Positions 28,850 to 42,558 of a stretch of DNA of 64,000 nucleotides are shown here, piece by piece; the first letter of the stretch is position 1; each line of letters opens with the position of its first letter. Source of the DNA: an uncultured Holophagales bacterium. Lineage in GTDB: Bacteria; Acidobacteriota; Thermoanaerobaculia; Multivoradales; UBA5704. Made by a program: the position numbers and the translations under genes. The DNA lies in contig CAWJGT010000034.1 of assembly GCA_963842525.1 (NCBI GenBank), positions 1 to 64,000 of the forward strand, in the 5' to 3' direction. The notes under the pieces were generated by a model, which saw only the letters and a list, made by a program, of their open reading frames with translations, made no database searches and had not been told where the DNA came from.

Positions 28850-29063
28850 CAGACGCGCGCGGATGTCCGTAGAGGTAGTGGTCGATGTTGGTTGCCAGAT
28901 CAGTGGTTCCGATGTCAACCGCCAACTCGGTCATCTGGAGCAGCGGATCCACCCCAGGTTCCTCTTCCGGTACGAGCTCAATCCTCACGACGGCTCCCTC
29001 GGGTAGCTCCGCGCCTGGCTCTACGACGATTGCACCTCGTTCCACTCGACCTCTATAGACCAT
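28839..29063 (-). CDS. Putative antitoxin of the PIN toxin
   Basis: YRGRVERG...LPEG..V; DLATNIDHYLYG C-terminal motif; overlaps the toxin start. Confidence 0.75.
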   Translation of the reverse strand: MVYRGRVERGAIVVEPGAELPEGAVVRIELVPEEEPGVDPLLQMTELAVDIGTTDLATNIDHYLYGHPRASDAQ

Positions 29064-29172
29064 GTCAAGCTCTCCTCCGTACTTAGAATTCTACCCCGAA
29101 CTGGCCCAGGCGGCGCTGACATACCGTCCCGGGTTGGCTCCCGGGGCGGACAGGCTTGGGAGGATGCACCGT

Positions 29173-31815
<2,643 letters not shown>

Positions 31816-31842
31816 GTTGGGTAACCCCCCGGTGTTATTTCG

Positions 31843-32820
31843 TCATGTTCGTGCGCGGAACTCCGACTCCTCCGCGAGCTGCTCGAACAAAGCGCGCTCG
31901 CGGTCGGAGAGATGGTCCGGAACGACGATCCGGATCTCTCCGAGAAGATCGCCCTTCTCACCCTTGCCGGCCGAGAGGCCCCGGCCGCGCAGCCGGATCT
32001 TGCGGCCCGACGACGACCCTGCCGGGACACGCACACGGACAGGTCCGGTTGGGGTTTCGACTTCAGCCTCGCCGCCGAGCGCGGCCTCCCAGGGGGTGAC
32101 CGGGACGGTGGTGTGGAGGTCGGAGCCCTCGATCCGGAAGCGCGAGTCCGGCTGGATGTCGACCTTCAGGAAGAGGTCCCCTCCCTGCGAGCCGTTCGGC
32201 CCCGGTTGCCCCTGACCGGCGAGCCGGATCTTCTGCCCGGGCCGGATGCCCTCGGGGATGCGCACCGAAAGGGTCCGGCGCTGCCCGCTCGCGGGATCGA
32301 CCAGCGTGATTTCACGGTTGCCGCCGCGGGTCGCCTCTTCGAGGCTGAGCGAAATCTGTGCCTCGGTGTCCCCTCCGCTTCCCCCACCCCCTGGAGCACC
32401 GCGGCCTCCGAAGCCGCGCGCCGAGCGCCGGCCTGCACCACCGGGACCACCGCCGCCGAAGAGCATCTCGAAGAACGAGCTGAACCCTTCGGGGCCGCCG
32501 CTGCCGCTGAACCCACCGAAATCGAAGCCCTCGAAACCCTGTCCGAAGGGCATCCCTCCTTCCCAGCCGGGCGGAGGTGAGCCGCCACCCTGCTGTGCGC
32601 GCTTCCAGGCGGACCCATACTGGTCGTACTTTTTGCGCTTGTCCGGGTCCTTGAGAACCTCATAGGCCTCGCCGATCTCCTTGAACTTCATCTCGGCGGC
32701 CGGATCCTTGTTGACGTCCGGATGGAGCTTGCGCGCCAGCTTGCGATAGGCCTTCTGGATGTCGTCCTGAGACGCATCCTTTTTGACGCCCAGGTTGGCG
32801 TAATAGTCCTTGTATTCCAA
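31843..32820 (-). CDS. DnaJ class B / CbpA-like chaperone
   Basis: J domain with HPD, G/F-rich linker, C-terminal domains, no Zn finger; TTG start after GGAGG. Confidence 0.93.
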   Translation of the reverse strand: MEYKDYYANLGVKKDASQDDIQKAYRKLARKLHPDVNKDPAAEMKFKEIGEAYEVLKDPDKRKKYDQYGSAWKRAQQGGGSPPPGWEGGMPFGQGFEGFDFGGFSGSGGPEGFSSFFEMLFGGGGPGGAGRRSARGFGGRGAPGGGGSGGDTEAQISLSLEEATRGGNREITLVDPASGQRRTLSVRIPEGIRPGQKIRLAGQGQPGPNGSQGGDLFLKVDIQPDSRFRIEGSDLHTTVPVTPWEAALGGEAEVETPTGPVRVRVPAGSSSGRKIRLRGRGLSAGKGEKGDLLGEIRIVVPDHLSDRERALFEQLAEESEFRART

Positions 32821-33019
32821 CGGGTCTCCTCCTCCTGGATGACAGCATATGCCCCGACAACCCAGAAGGTTGAGTGGTCGGCACTCATATTGTAGAACGG
32901 AGGCTCAAATTCTTCCATTCCCGGGTCTCACTCCCTCCCGCCCCGTTCTGCCTTGCGCGTCTCTTCGGCGTGGGAGAGAATCATCTCCACCCGGTCGCAC
33001 ACCGGCATTTTCACCCCGC

Positions 33020-35668
33020 ATGATCGATACGCTTCCCCAACCGACGAAGGCCCTGCCGTACAGCGAGGAGTCCGAGCGGGCTGTCCTCGGCGGCATCCTG
33101 CTCGACCCGGCCGTGCTGCCCCTGATCTCGGGCCGGCTGCGGTCCGAGGACTTCTACCAGGAGCGCCATCAGGCCCTTTACCGGGCCATGCTCGACCTCC
33201 AGGAGGAGCAAGTCGAGGTCGACCTGCGGACCCTCCAGGCCAAGCTGGAGCAGCAAGGCCAGTTCGACACCATCGGGGGCATCGCCTACCTGGCCACGCT
33301 GGACCTCGACCTGCCCGACATCGGACGGATCGACCAGTACGCCGAGATCGTCAAGGAGCGCTCGGTCCGCCGCCGGCTGATCCAGGCCTCCAGCCAGATC
33401 ATCCGCGACTGCATGGACGGCGGGCTGGCCGCCCAGGAGGCCCTCGGCCGCGCCGAGCAGGCCATCCTCGGTCTTGGCGAGGAGGCGATCCAGCGCGGCT
33501 TCGTCCTCCTGTCCAACGTCTTCCATTCGACGCTGGAGGACCTGGAGGAACGCTCCGGGAGCCTCCTGACCGGCATCCCCACCGGCTTCACGGACCTCGA
33601 CCGGCTCAGCCACGGTTTAAACCGCGGCAACCTCATCATCGTCGCGGGCCGCCCGGGCATGGGCAAGACCAGCTTCGCTTTGAACGTCGCCTCCAACGTG
33701 GCTGTCCGCGAGGGCAAGACGGTCGGCGTCTTCTCGCTGGAGATGAGCCAGCAGGAGCTCGCCCTGCGCATCCTCTGCTCGGAGGCCGACATCTCCTTCA
33801 GCAAGCTGCGCGGCGCCCACCTGTCGTCCAAGGAGTGGACCAAGGTGTTCCAGACCGTGCGGACGATCGGCGACGCGCCGCTCTTCATCGACGATTCGCC
33901 GAACCCGTCGCTGCTGGAGGTGGGCTCCAAGGCCCGCCGCCTCAAGGCGGAGAAGGGGCTGGCCGTCCTGGTCCTCGACTATCTCCAGCTCATGCAGGCA
34001 GGCGGCAAGTACGAGAACCGCAACCTGGAGATCGCGGCCATCAGCCGGGGCCTGAAGCAGCTCGCCAAGGAGCTCGAGATCCCCATCATCGCCCTCTCCC
34101 AACTCTCCCGGCAGCCCGAGCGGCGGGGGAGCGATCATCGGCCGCAGCTTGCGGATTTGAGGGAAAGCGGGTGTCTCGCGGGGGATACATTGGTGACCCT
34201 GGCCGATTCCGGGCGCCGGGTTGCCATCCGGGATCTCGCCGGACAGGCGGGATTTGCGGTATGGGCCCTGAATTCACAGACCCTACAGATCGAGCGCAGC
34301 CTGGTCTCCAAAGCTTTCTGCACGGGGACGAAGAAGCTCTACCGGCTGAGTACACGCCTGGGAAGGGCGATCCGCGCCACGGGGAACCATAAGTTCCTGA
34401 CAATCCAGGGTTGGACGAGGCTGGACGCACTTGTGGAAAAGCAGTTCGTGGCGCTCCCTCGCCGGGTCCCCGCAGCGGGCCGGCAAACGATGACAGACGC
34501 GGAGCTGGCTCTCTTGGGACATCTCATCGGCGATGGATGCACTCTGCCTCGCCACGCCATCCAGTACACCACGCGTGAGGAAGATCTGGCCGCGACCGTG
34601 GCCGGACTTGCCTCCGAAGCCTTCGGATCGGAGGTCCGGCCCCGCATCCAGCGGGAGCGTCAATGGTTCCAGGTCTATCTCTCCTCGACGCGGCACCACA
34701 CCCACGGTCGCCGGAGCGCGATTGCCGAGTGGCTCCAGGCTCTAGATGCCTGGGGCCTGCGGTCCTACGAGAAGCGGATCCCAGCCAAGGTGTTCGAACA
34801 GCCGGAGACGGCGATCGGTCGTTTTCTGCGCCATCTCTGGTCGACGGACGGCTGCATCCACTTGCGGCGCGGCCGGAAGCCCTACCCGGCGATCTACTAC
34901 GCCACGAGCAGCCCGGCCCTCGCGCAAGACCTGCAAGCGCTCCTCCTGAGACTGGGCATCCAGTCCCATCTAGGGATCTACTCCCAAAAGGGGAAGGGAC
35001 GCGATCAGCTCCACGTCAAAATCAGTGGAAAACCCCAAATCCTGCGCTTTGCTGAGAAGGTCGGTGCCGTCGGAGCCTACAAACAGGCGTCTCTACAAGA
35101 GGCAGTTGCCTTCTTGTTAGAGCGGGGGGAGAACACCAACCGCGATGTGATTCCCAAGGATGTGTGGGATCTGCACGTCAGACCAGCCATGAGGGCAAAC
35201 GGAGTGACCCACCGCCAGCTCCATGTGGGCATTGAAACTGCCTATGCGGGCTTGACGATTTTCAAGCAGAACCTGAGCCGGGAAAGGGCTCTGCGAGTCG
35301 CTCTCGTGGCGGGCTCGGAAGCCCTTCGGACTCTAGCTGAGAGCGAAATCTATTGGGACCAGATCGCCACGATCGAAGAAGATGGGAGCGAAGAGGTCTT
35401 CGACCTGACGGTACCCGGGCCTCACAACTTCGTCGCAAATGATCTCTTCGTGCACAATTCCATCGAGCAAGACGCAGACATGGTTGCCTTCGTCTACCGT
35501 GACGAGATGTACAACCCGACCGACGAGAACAAGGGACTGGCCGAGCTGATCATCGCCAAGCACAGGAACGGCGAGACCGGCACCGTGGAGCTGGTCTTCA
35601 TCGGCGAGACCACCAGCTTCAAGACCCGCTCGCATCATGACTACGGGGCCGCCGCCGCTCCCTTCTGA
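33020..35668 (+). CDS. dnaB: Replicative DNA helicase, intein-containing
   Basis: ESERAVLG, GRPGMGKT, DYLQL, LSQLSR, DLRESG/SIEQDAD split by an intein. Confidence 0.97.
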   Translation: MIDTLPQPTKALPYSEESERAVLGGILLDPAVLPLISGRLRSEDFYQERHQALYRAMLDLQEEQVEVDLRTLQAKLEQQGQFDTIGGIAYLATLDLDLPDIGRIDQYAEIVKERSVRRRLIQASSQIIRDCMDGGLAAQEALGRAEQAILGLGEEAIQRGFVLLSNVFHSTLEDLEERSGSLLTGIPTGFTDLDRLSHGLNRGNLIIVAGRPGMGKTSFALNVASNVAVREGKTVGVFSLEMSQQELALRILCSEADISFSKLRGAHLSSKEWTKVFQTVRTIGDAPLFIDDSPNPSLLEVGSKARRLKAEKGLAVLVLDYLQLMQAGGKYENRNLEIAAISRGLKQLAKELEIPIIALSQLSRQPERRGSDHRPQLADLRESGCLAGDTLVTLADSGRRVAIRDLAGQAGFAVWALNSQTLQIERSLVSKAFCTGTKKLYRLSTRLGRAIRATGNHKFLTIQGWTRLDALVEKQFVALPRRVPAAGRQTMTDAELALLGHLIGDGCTLPRHAIQYTTREEDLAATVAGLASEAFGSEVRPRIQRERQWFQVYLSSTRHHTHGRRSAIAEWLQALDAWGLRSYEKRIPAKVFEQPETAIGRFLRHLWSTDGCIHLRRGRKPYPAIYYATSSPALAQDLQALLLRLGIQSHLGIYSQKGKGRDQLHVKISGKPQILRFAEKVGAVGAYKQASLQEAVAFLLERGENTNRDVIPKDVWDLHVRPAMRANGVTHRQLHVGIETAYAGLTIFKQNLSRERALRVALVAGSEALRTLAESEIYWDQIATIEEDGSEEVFDLTVPGPHNFVANDLFVHNSIEQDADMVAFVYRDEMYNPTDENKGLAELIIAKHRNGETGTVELVFIGETTSFKTRSHHDYGAAAAPF
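34172..35458 (+). mobile_element. DnaB intein (429 aa) with LAGLIDADG homing endonuclease
   Basis: Starts CLAGDT after RESG, TGNH block B, LGHLIGDG and FLRHLWSTDG endonuclease blocks, ends VHN before S; lower GC. Confidence 0.96.
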
Positions 35669-36911
35669 TCCTCTCCCGGTGACGGAGCTCGCCCCGGAGG
35701 TCGAGGACCTCGCGGCGGCGCTGCGCCCCGCCTGGGTGGACGTGGACCTCGGGGCCCTGGAGCACAACCTGCGGGTGATCCGGGAACGGATCGGTGGCCC
35801 CGGGGTGCAGACGATGGCCGTGGTCAAGGCCGACGCCTACGGCCATGGCGCCGTGGGGGTGAGCCGGGCCCTCGAAGCCTCCGGAGTCGAGTGGCTCGGC
35901 GTGGCGCTCCTCGAAGAAGGGGCCGAGGTCCGCCGCGCCGGCGTCGAGCTGCCGATCCTGGTGCTCGGCACGGCGCGGCCGACCAAGGTGTCGCTCTACC
36001 GCCGCTACCGTCTCGTCCCGACCGTGTCGAGCCTCGCCGAGCTGGCCATGTGGCGCGAGTGGACCGCCGGCGGGGACGATCCGCAGCCGATCCACCTCAA
36101 GGTGGACACCGGCATGGGCCGGCTCGGCGTGTCGCTCGACGAGGTGGCTGGTGCTCTGGAGATGTTGCGCCGCCATCCGCGGCTGCGCCTTTCCGGCCTC
36201 CTCTCGCACCTCGCCGAGGCGGACGACCTGGAGAGCCCGCGCAACGATGTGCAGGAGTCTCGCTTCTCCGAGGTCCTGGGCCTGTTGACCGCCAGGGAGC
36301 GCGAGGGTCTCCTCATTCACCTGGCGAACAGCGCCGCCGCTCTCCACCGGCCGGGCAGCCGGTACGATCTCGTGCGCCTGGGGCTCGCGGTCTACGGCCT
36401 CGACCCCGCGGACAAGGGGGATCGCGAGGAGGCGGAGGAGCGGACCCCGGTCCTGCCTCCGGACCTGCGGCCGGTGATGTCGGTGCGGGCGCGCATCGTG
36501 CAGCTCCGGGAGGTCCCGGCGGGCACTCCGGTCTCCTACGGCGGCCGGACCGTGACGCGGCGGCGCAGCCGCATCGCGGTCGTCCCGGTGGGCTATGCTG
36601 ACGGCTACGCGTGGCGCCTGACCGGCAAGGCCGAGGCGCTGGCGCGGGGGAGGAGGGTCCCGGTGGCCGGCTCGGTGACGATGGACATGACGCTGCTCGA
36701 CGTGACGGAGGTTGGGGCCGAGCTGGGGGACGAGGTGGTCCTGCTCGGCCGCCAGGGAGACGAGGAGATCTCGGCCCTGGAGCTCGCCCGGCACGCCGGG
36801 ACGATCTCGTGGGAGATCCTCTGCCATCTCGGCCTGCGCCTGCCGCGGCGCTACGTCCGCAACGGCCGGGCGGAGGAGCTGATCTCGCGCTTCTCGCGGG
36901 AGGAGGGGTGA
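35637..36911 (+). CDS. alr: Alanine racemase (start uncertain)
   Basis: AVVKADAYGHG, HLKVDTGMGRLG, GYADG, MDM. Confidence 0.95.
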   Translation: MTTGPPPLPSDPLPVTELAPEVEDLAAALRPAWVDVDLGALEHNLRVIRERIGGPGVQTMAVVKADAYGHGAVGVSRALEASGVEWLGVALLEEGAEVRRAGVELPILVLGTARPTKVSLYRRYRLVPTVSSLAELAMWREWTAGGDDPQPIHLKVDTGMGRLGVSLDEVAGALEMLRRHPRLRLSGLLSHLAEADDLESPRNDVQESRFSEVLGLLTAREREGLLIHLANSAAALHRPGSRYDLVRLGLAVYGLDPADKGDREEAEERTPVLPPDLRPVMSVRARIVQLREVPAGTPVSYGGRTVTRRRSRIAVVPVGYADGYAWRLTGKAEALARGRRVPVAGSVTMDMTLLDVTEVGAELGDEVVLLGRQGDEEISALELARHAGTISWEILCHLGLRLPRRYVRNGRAEELISRFSREEG

Positions 36912-37666
36912 TGAAGATGCCCTCCTGGCTCGAGCGGTTCTTCACCGATTTCGGACGTTTCCTCCAGATGGCCGGCCGCGTGTTCGCCTGGACGCCGCGT
37001 CCGCCGTACGACTGGCGCGAGCTCTTCCGCCAGATGGTCAAGGTGGGGGTGGGCTCGGTTCCGGTGGTCCTCCTGACCACCCTGTTCACCGGCGGGGTCA
37101 TGGCCCTCCAGACGTTCACGGTGCTGCGCCGCATCAACGCCGAGAGCTTCGTCGGCTCGGGCGTCGCCCTCTCCATGGTCCGCGAGCTGGCGGCGGTCCT
37201 CTCGGGCCTGATCGTGGCCGGCCGCGCCGGCTCGGCCATGGCGGCCGAGCTGGGCACGATGCGGGTGACCGAGCAGATCGACGCCCTGGAGGTGATGGCC
37301 ACCGACCCGGTGCACTACCTGGTCGTGCCGCGCGTCTGGGCGACCACGATCACGCTCCCGCTGCTGGTCATCATGGGCTGCGGCGTCGGCATCGCCGGGG
37401 GGTACCTGGTGGCCGTGGTCCTGATGGGGGCGAACCCGGTGTCCTATATCGATCGCTCGTTCCAGTTCATGGACGTCAAGGACCTGTTCTCCGGGGTCAT
37501 CAAGGCGGCGATCTTCGGGTTCCTGCTCGCGGCCATCGGCTGCCAGCAGGGTTTCTACACGAGCGGGGGAGCCGAGGGGGTGGGGCGGGCCACCACGTCC
37601 GCGGTCGTGGTGGCGAGCATCGCCATCCTGGTCTCGGACTTCTTCCTCACCAGGCTGCTCTTCTGA
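36911..37666 (+). CDS. mlaE: MlaE family ABC permease
   Basis: AGRAGSAMAAELGTMRVTEQIDALE, GGAEGVGRATT. Confidence 0.95.
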   Translation: MKMPSWLERFFTDFGRFLQMAGRVFAWTPRPPYDWRELFRQMVKVGVGSVPVVLLTTLFTGGVMALQTFTVLRRINAESFVGSGVALSMVRELAAVLSGLIVAGRAGSAMAAELGTMRVTEQIDALEVMATDPVHYLVVPRVWATTITLPLLVIMGCGVGIAGGYLVAVVLMGANPVSYIDRSFQFMDVKDLFSGVIKAAIFGFLLAAIGCQQGFYTSGGAEGVGRATTSAVVVASIAILVSDFFLTRLLF

Positions 37667-38463
37667 TGAGCGAGCCCCAGGCAGAGGGACGGCCCGCGGT
37701 CAAGATCCGCATCCGCGGCCTCTTCAAATCGTTCGGTCCCAAGAAGGTGCTCGACGGCATCGACCTCGACGTCGCGGCGGGGGAGTCGCTGGTCATCATC
37801 GGCGGCTCGGGCACCGGCAAGAGCGTGCTCCTGAAGCACGTCACCGGCCTGCTGCGGCCGGACACCGGCACTGTGGAGGTCGACGGCACCGCGGTCGAGA
37901 CGCTGGGAAACCGGGCGATCACGGAGTTCCGCCGCAAGTTCGGGATGGCGTTCCAGGAGGGGGCGCTCTTCGATTCGATGACTGTCTGGCAGAACGTCGC
38001 CTTCCCCTTGCAGCGCATGACCCGTATGTCACATAGCGAGATCGACGAGCGGGTGCGCGAGTGCCTGGCCATGGTCCGTCTCCAGGCCGTGGAGGACAAG
38101 CCGCCCTCCCAGCTCTCGGGCGGCATGCGGCGCCGCGTGGGGTTCGCCCGCGCCATCGCCCACAAGCCGGAGATCCTCCTCTTCGACGAGCCGACGACCG
38201 GGCTCGATCCGGTGATCACAGCGTTGATCGACGAGGTGATCGTCGATCTGAACGACCGCATGAAGACCACGACGGTCACCATCACGCACGACATGGAGAG
38301 CGCCTTCCGCATCGGCGACCGGATCGCCATGCTGCACAAGGGCAGGATCATCGCCTCAGCACCGCCAGAGGAGTTCCGGCGCCTGGAGGACCCGCGGGTG
38401 CAGCAGTTCATCCACGGCCGGGCTGAGGGCCCTCTTTCGGAGGAGCCCGCCGCAGCACGGTGA
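37666..38463 (+). CDS. mlaF: MlaF family ABC ATPase
   Basis: GGSGTGKS, FQEGALFDS, LSGGMRRR, DEPTTGLDP. Confidence 0.93.
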   Translation: MSEPQAEGRPAVKIRIRGLFKSFGPKKVLDGIDLDVAAGESLVIIGGSGTGKSVLLKHVTGLLRPDTGTVEVDGTAVETLGNRAITEFRRKFGMAFQEGALFDSMTVWQNVAFPLQRMTRMSHSEIDERVRECLAMVRLQAVEDKPPSQLSGGMRRRVGFARAIAHKPEILLFDEPTTGLDPVITALIDEVIVDLNDRMKTTTVTITHDMESAFRIGDRIAMLHKGRIIASAPPEEFRRLEDPRVQQFIHGRAEGPLSEEPAAAR

Positions 38464-40592
38464 GGCTTCCCAGGAAGATCAACGCCGTGGCGGAGAGGAT
38501 CCAGCCCGCCAGGCGGTCCCAGCGCATTTCCTGGAACCGGAAGCTCACTCTGCGCTGGCCCGCGGACACCTCGGCCTGGAGGACCCCGTCGGCCGTCGGC
38601 CGGACCTCCTGCCAGCCGGCGGGCGTACGTACCTGCCAGCCCGGAAAATACTGCTCCAGCACGATCACCCGGCCCGGGCGCCCCTCAAGGTCGACCCGGA
38701 TCGTACCGGCGCTGCGCTCGAAAGGCAGGGCTCGAGGTGGGAGGTCTTTCCGCGCGGACCGCCAGGTGGCATAGGGCCGCGCCGTAAGGCGTACGAGCGG
38801 TCGATGGTAAGAAGCGATCAGGCCAACTCCGGCGCGGGCGAGCTTGTGCGGCTCGACCCCCTCGAAGAAAGCATGGTGGGCGAGGGGTGTCGCGTACTCC
38901 GGATAGACCCAGTGGAACAGGGAGACGTCGGGCGCGAGGTCCGGCGGCGGCAGGAAGACGCCTGCGACCCGCAGAGGATAGGGACGACTCCACCTTCACA
39001 TGCTCCAAGCATCCCCATCGCTCCGATTCCGGACGGCACCCCGGATGATGCCGGAGATAGCCAAAGCCTTCGTAGGGAGGCAGCCAGTCCGGCGCGCCGG
39101 TGTAGGGAGCGGCGTCAACCACGAGCAGGGTCGCGAGGGCACCCGGGACCGCCCAGACCCAGCGGCGGGTCTGCCAGGCCGCGAGCAGGCGGGCCACCGC
39201 AAACCCTGCCGCCGCCGCCGCTCCACACGAGGCGATCGAAAGGAACCGCCAGGGGAAGTAGAGGGAGGTGAGCGGCGGGAACAGGAACTCGGCCGCGGCG
39301 GCCAGCGGGTGGATGGACAGCAGCAGGGTGCCGAACGTGGCCGCGAGCAGGCCCCGCGGCAGGCGGTGTGCTTCGCCGAGACGGTTGCAGGTTCCGCGAC
39401 TGGTCTGCCGGAATGCGGCCGGCGCCCGCTGCGAGCGGCATCAGGCCGAGGAGGACCAGGCCGAAGTAGAAGGGCATCTCCTCGCCCGCGGCCTCGTGCA
39501 GGCTGCCTCTCGGCTCGCTCAGATGGATCCGGCTCCACTCCTGCCGGCGGAGGAGGTCGTCTGGCGCGAGCCCGTGCAGCGCGAAACGGGTGCTCGCCTG
39601 GCCCGAGGCATAGCCGGAGAGCCGGGTGTAGCGTAGCTCGGCGGCGAACGGCAGGGTGTAGAAGCCAGCCAGCGCTCCCCCCAGTGCCCAGACCGCGCCG
39701 ATCCGGAGCGCGCGGGTCCGGAGGAGCCTTCCACCCGGAGGACCGCCATGGGAAGGTCTCGGCGGCAAGCCAGAGCCCGAGAGCGCAGACGGCCATCATG
39801 GCTGTCAGGGGGTGGGCGGCGATCAGCAGAGGCCGTGGCGAACGCGGCGAGCACGAGCCGGCGGCGACCGCTTCCGGGGCTTCCGCGGGCGACCTCGACG
39901 GCGCCGAAGAGGACGAGCGGCAGGAGAGCCATGGCGGTGCTCTCTCCCAGGGCCACCCGGTAGTTGCTGTCCAGCAGGCGGTAGGGAGCGAACGCGTAGG
40001 CCGCCGCCGCGACCAGGCCGGCCCGCCGGTCGCCGGTCCAGCGGGCGACCACAGCGTACATGGCCATGGCCGCGATGGCTCCGAGGGCCAGGAACCCTGC
40101 CGAGAGGGCCCGGGCCGAGCTCAGGCCGGCCAGCGAGAAGGGGAGCATGGCGAAGAAGCCCGCGGGTCCGTAGAACTGGAGCAGGGGCTCGCCCATCCCC
40201 ACGTGGTGCAGCCAGCGTGGGAAGAGGTCGCCCGCCTGGACCTCGCGGAAGGCCGCCCAGCTCCCCCAGAGATGGGAGATCGTGTCGTGCCCGTACGGCA
40301 GGCCCGGCGCGAAGAGCAGATGGCCCGCCGCGAGGCCCAGCACGGCGGCCAGAGGAAAGTCGATCCAGCGGCGCGGCCGGCCACCTCCCGGCCCGGCGAG
40401 GAGGGCGAAGAGCAGGGCGGCACCGGCGAGGACCGGCAGCCGAGGATGGATGGCGACCTCGTCCTCTGTCAGGGCGAAGGCCAGGCCCAGGGCGAGAAGC
40501 GGCAGGACCACCGGCAGGGCGGAGATCCAGTGCAGGCCGGGGATCCTCAGCGGCATCGTGAAGGCAAGTCTACTGTTAGACTGCGGCTGCAT
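38408..40592 (-). CDS. Polytopic GT-C-like membrane protein (PTPS-related/YfhO-like), multiple frameshifts
   Basis: GHD..SHL, LFPRW, G.GEPLLQFYGP, AYAFAPYRL..SNYR.ALGE; C-terminal LEQYFPGWQV and final TM. Confidence 0.7.
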
Positions 40593-40624
40593 GGAGTCCG
40601 GGCGATTCCCGGGCGGAGGCGGTG

Positions 40625-42086
40625 ATGAGTCAAGTGGTGAAAGTAGGGATCTTCGGGGCGGTCTGTCTGGTCGTCCTCGCCGTTCTGATCTGGAAGATCG
40701 AAGACATCAACCCCTTTGCGGAAGACGTGCAGCAGGTGGACGCCGTCTTCGATTCGGTGGCCGGGCTCGACGACAAGGCATCGGTCCGGGTGGCGGGCGT
40801 GCGCATCGGCCAGCGTCGACGGCGTCGAGCTCGACGGCCGCCGGGCCCGCGTCACGCTGCGCCTCGAAAAGCCGATCCCACTCACGAAGGGCACCTTCGC
40901 CCGCATCGCGAGCCTCGGACTGCTCGGGGAGAAGTACATCGAGATCGTCCCCGGCCCGCCCGGCGCGCCGCCGCTGACCGGCGAGATCGTGCTGGCGGGC
41001 GAGACCCCGGCCGGTTTCGACGAGGCGATGGCCAAGCTCAACCAGATCGGCGATTCGATCCAGCAGGTCACCGGCTCGCTCTCCGGCCAGGACATCGGCG
41101 GCTCCATCAACCGCCTGATGACCGACCTCGAGCTGACCAGCCGCGAGATCCGGCTGCTCGTGGCCGAGAACCGGGCGAACCTGAATTCGACGATCCGCAA
41201 CTTCGACGTGGCGAGCGCCGCTCTGGCCCGCGAGCTGCCCCGCCTGGCCGAGCAGATGAACCGCACCCTGGCGCAGATCGAAGGGGTGCTCGCCGAGAAC
41301 CGCTCCAACGTCGCCGGCAGCACCGAGAACGTCCGCGAGATCACCACCAAGCTCCAGACCTCGGTCGACAACCTCAACCGCATCTCGGACAAGATCGCGA
41401 GCGGCGAAGGGACGATCGGCAAGCTGATCAACAGCGACCAGGCCCACGACGAGCTGGTGTCGACCCTCGACAGCATCCAGGGAGGCGTCGAGAGCCTGAG
41501 CGGCACCCTGGGAGCGATCAACCGCTTCAAGATGGACCTCGACATGCAGGGCTTCTACCTGCCCGACCAGGAGGAATCGCAGACCGGCTTCCACCTCGAC
41601 ATCGACCCGCAGGACGGCCAGCGGCTCTATCGGGCCGGCATCGCCAGCACGCCGAGCGGCAAGCGCAAGGAGAAGACGCAGACGGTGACCGTCACGGCCC
41701 CCGACGGGACCAGCCAGACGACCACGATCACCAACGTGAGCGAGGAGAAGTCCTACGTGGCCTCGGCGCTCTTCGGCTACCAGGCGCCGCGCGACCTGCG
41801 GCTGTGGGCGGGCCTCATCGAGAACAGCGGCGGCGCACAGATCGACTACCCCCTCTTGGACCGCCGCTTCTGGCTCTCCTTCCAGGCCTTCGACTTCAAC
41901 CGGCCGGAAGACCTCGCGCCGCACCTGCGGCTGACCGGCCGCTGGCAGTTCCACCCCAACCTCTATCTGGTCGGCGGCTACGACGACTTCCTGGAGGAGA
42001 GCGAGGATTCGCTCTTCCTGGGCGGCGGCATCCGCTGGAACGACGAGAACATCAAGTACCTGCTGGGGGCGATTCCGAAATTCTAG
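40625..42086 (+). CDS. mlaD: MlaD/MCE family protein with long helical region (frameshift near 40812)
   Basis: N-terminal TM, SVAGL...VRVAGV.IG, GLLGEKYIEI.PG, GEGTIGKLI. Confidence 0.85.
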
Positions 42087-42553
42087 TGGCCATGCCCCTG
42101 GCCCTCTTCGGCCCAGGTCTTGCCGTATTTGAGGACGTCGTGCTTGAGCAGGTCGAAGTCGCCCTGCCTCGGGCCGGGCCGCGCGTCGCGGTACACCGTA
42201 TCGCAGCGGTAGCAGACGACCGCGTCCTTCAGGCGGCGCCAGAGCCAGAGGTCGACGAGACCGAAGGCCGGCAGGGACAGGCCGAACGTCCAGGGCACCA
42301 GCGCAGCCCCCACGGCCACCAGGGCACAGCCCAGGGCGCGATTGAAGTCGCGCTGACGATACAGATGACGGCAGCCGCAGAGGGGGCAGACCTCGACGTG
42401 CGCCGCGGGGCCGTCCTTCCACCCCTCGGCCGCCACGGCGCGGGCGGCGCCGCACTGGGGACAGGAGAGCTTCCCCGGAGCGTCCGCGGAAGGGGGCTCG
42501 ATGACGGCGCCGAACGGGAGACCGCAGGCGCGGCACTGCGTCCGGATGCGCAT
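42083..42553 (-). CDS. Hypothetical zinc-ribbon membrane protein
   Basis: Four CxxC pairs (CRAC, CPQC, CPLC, CYRC) around a hydrophobic hairpin. Confidence 0.7.
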   Translation of the reverse strand: MRIRTQCRACGLPFGAVIEPPSADAPGKLSCPQCGAARAVAAEGWKDGPAAHVEVCPLCGCRHLYRQRDFNRALGCALVAVGAALVPWTFGLSLPAFGLVDLWLWRRLKDAVVCYRCDTVYRDARPGPRQGDFDLLKHDVLKYGKTWAEEGQGHGH

Positions 42554-42558
42554 GCTGC

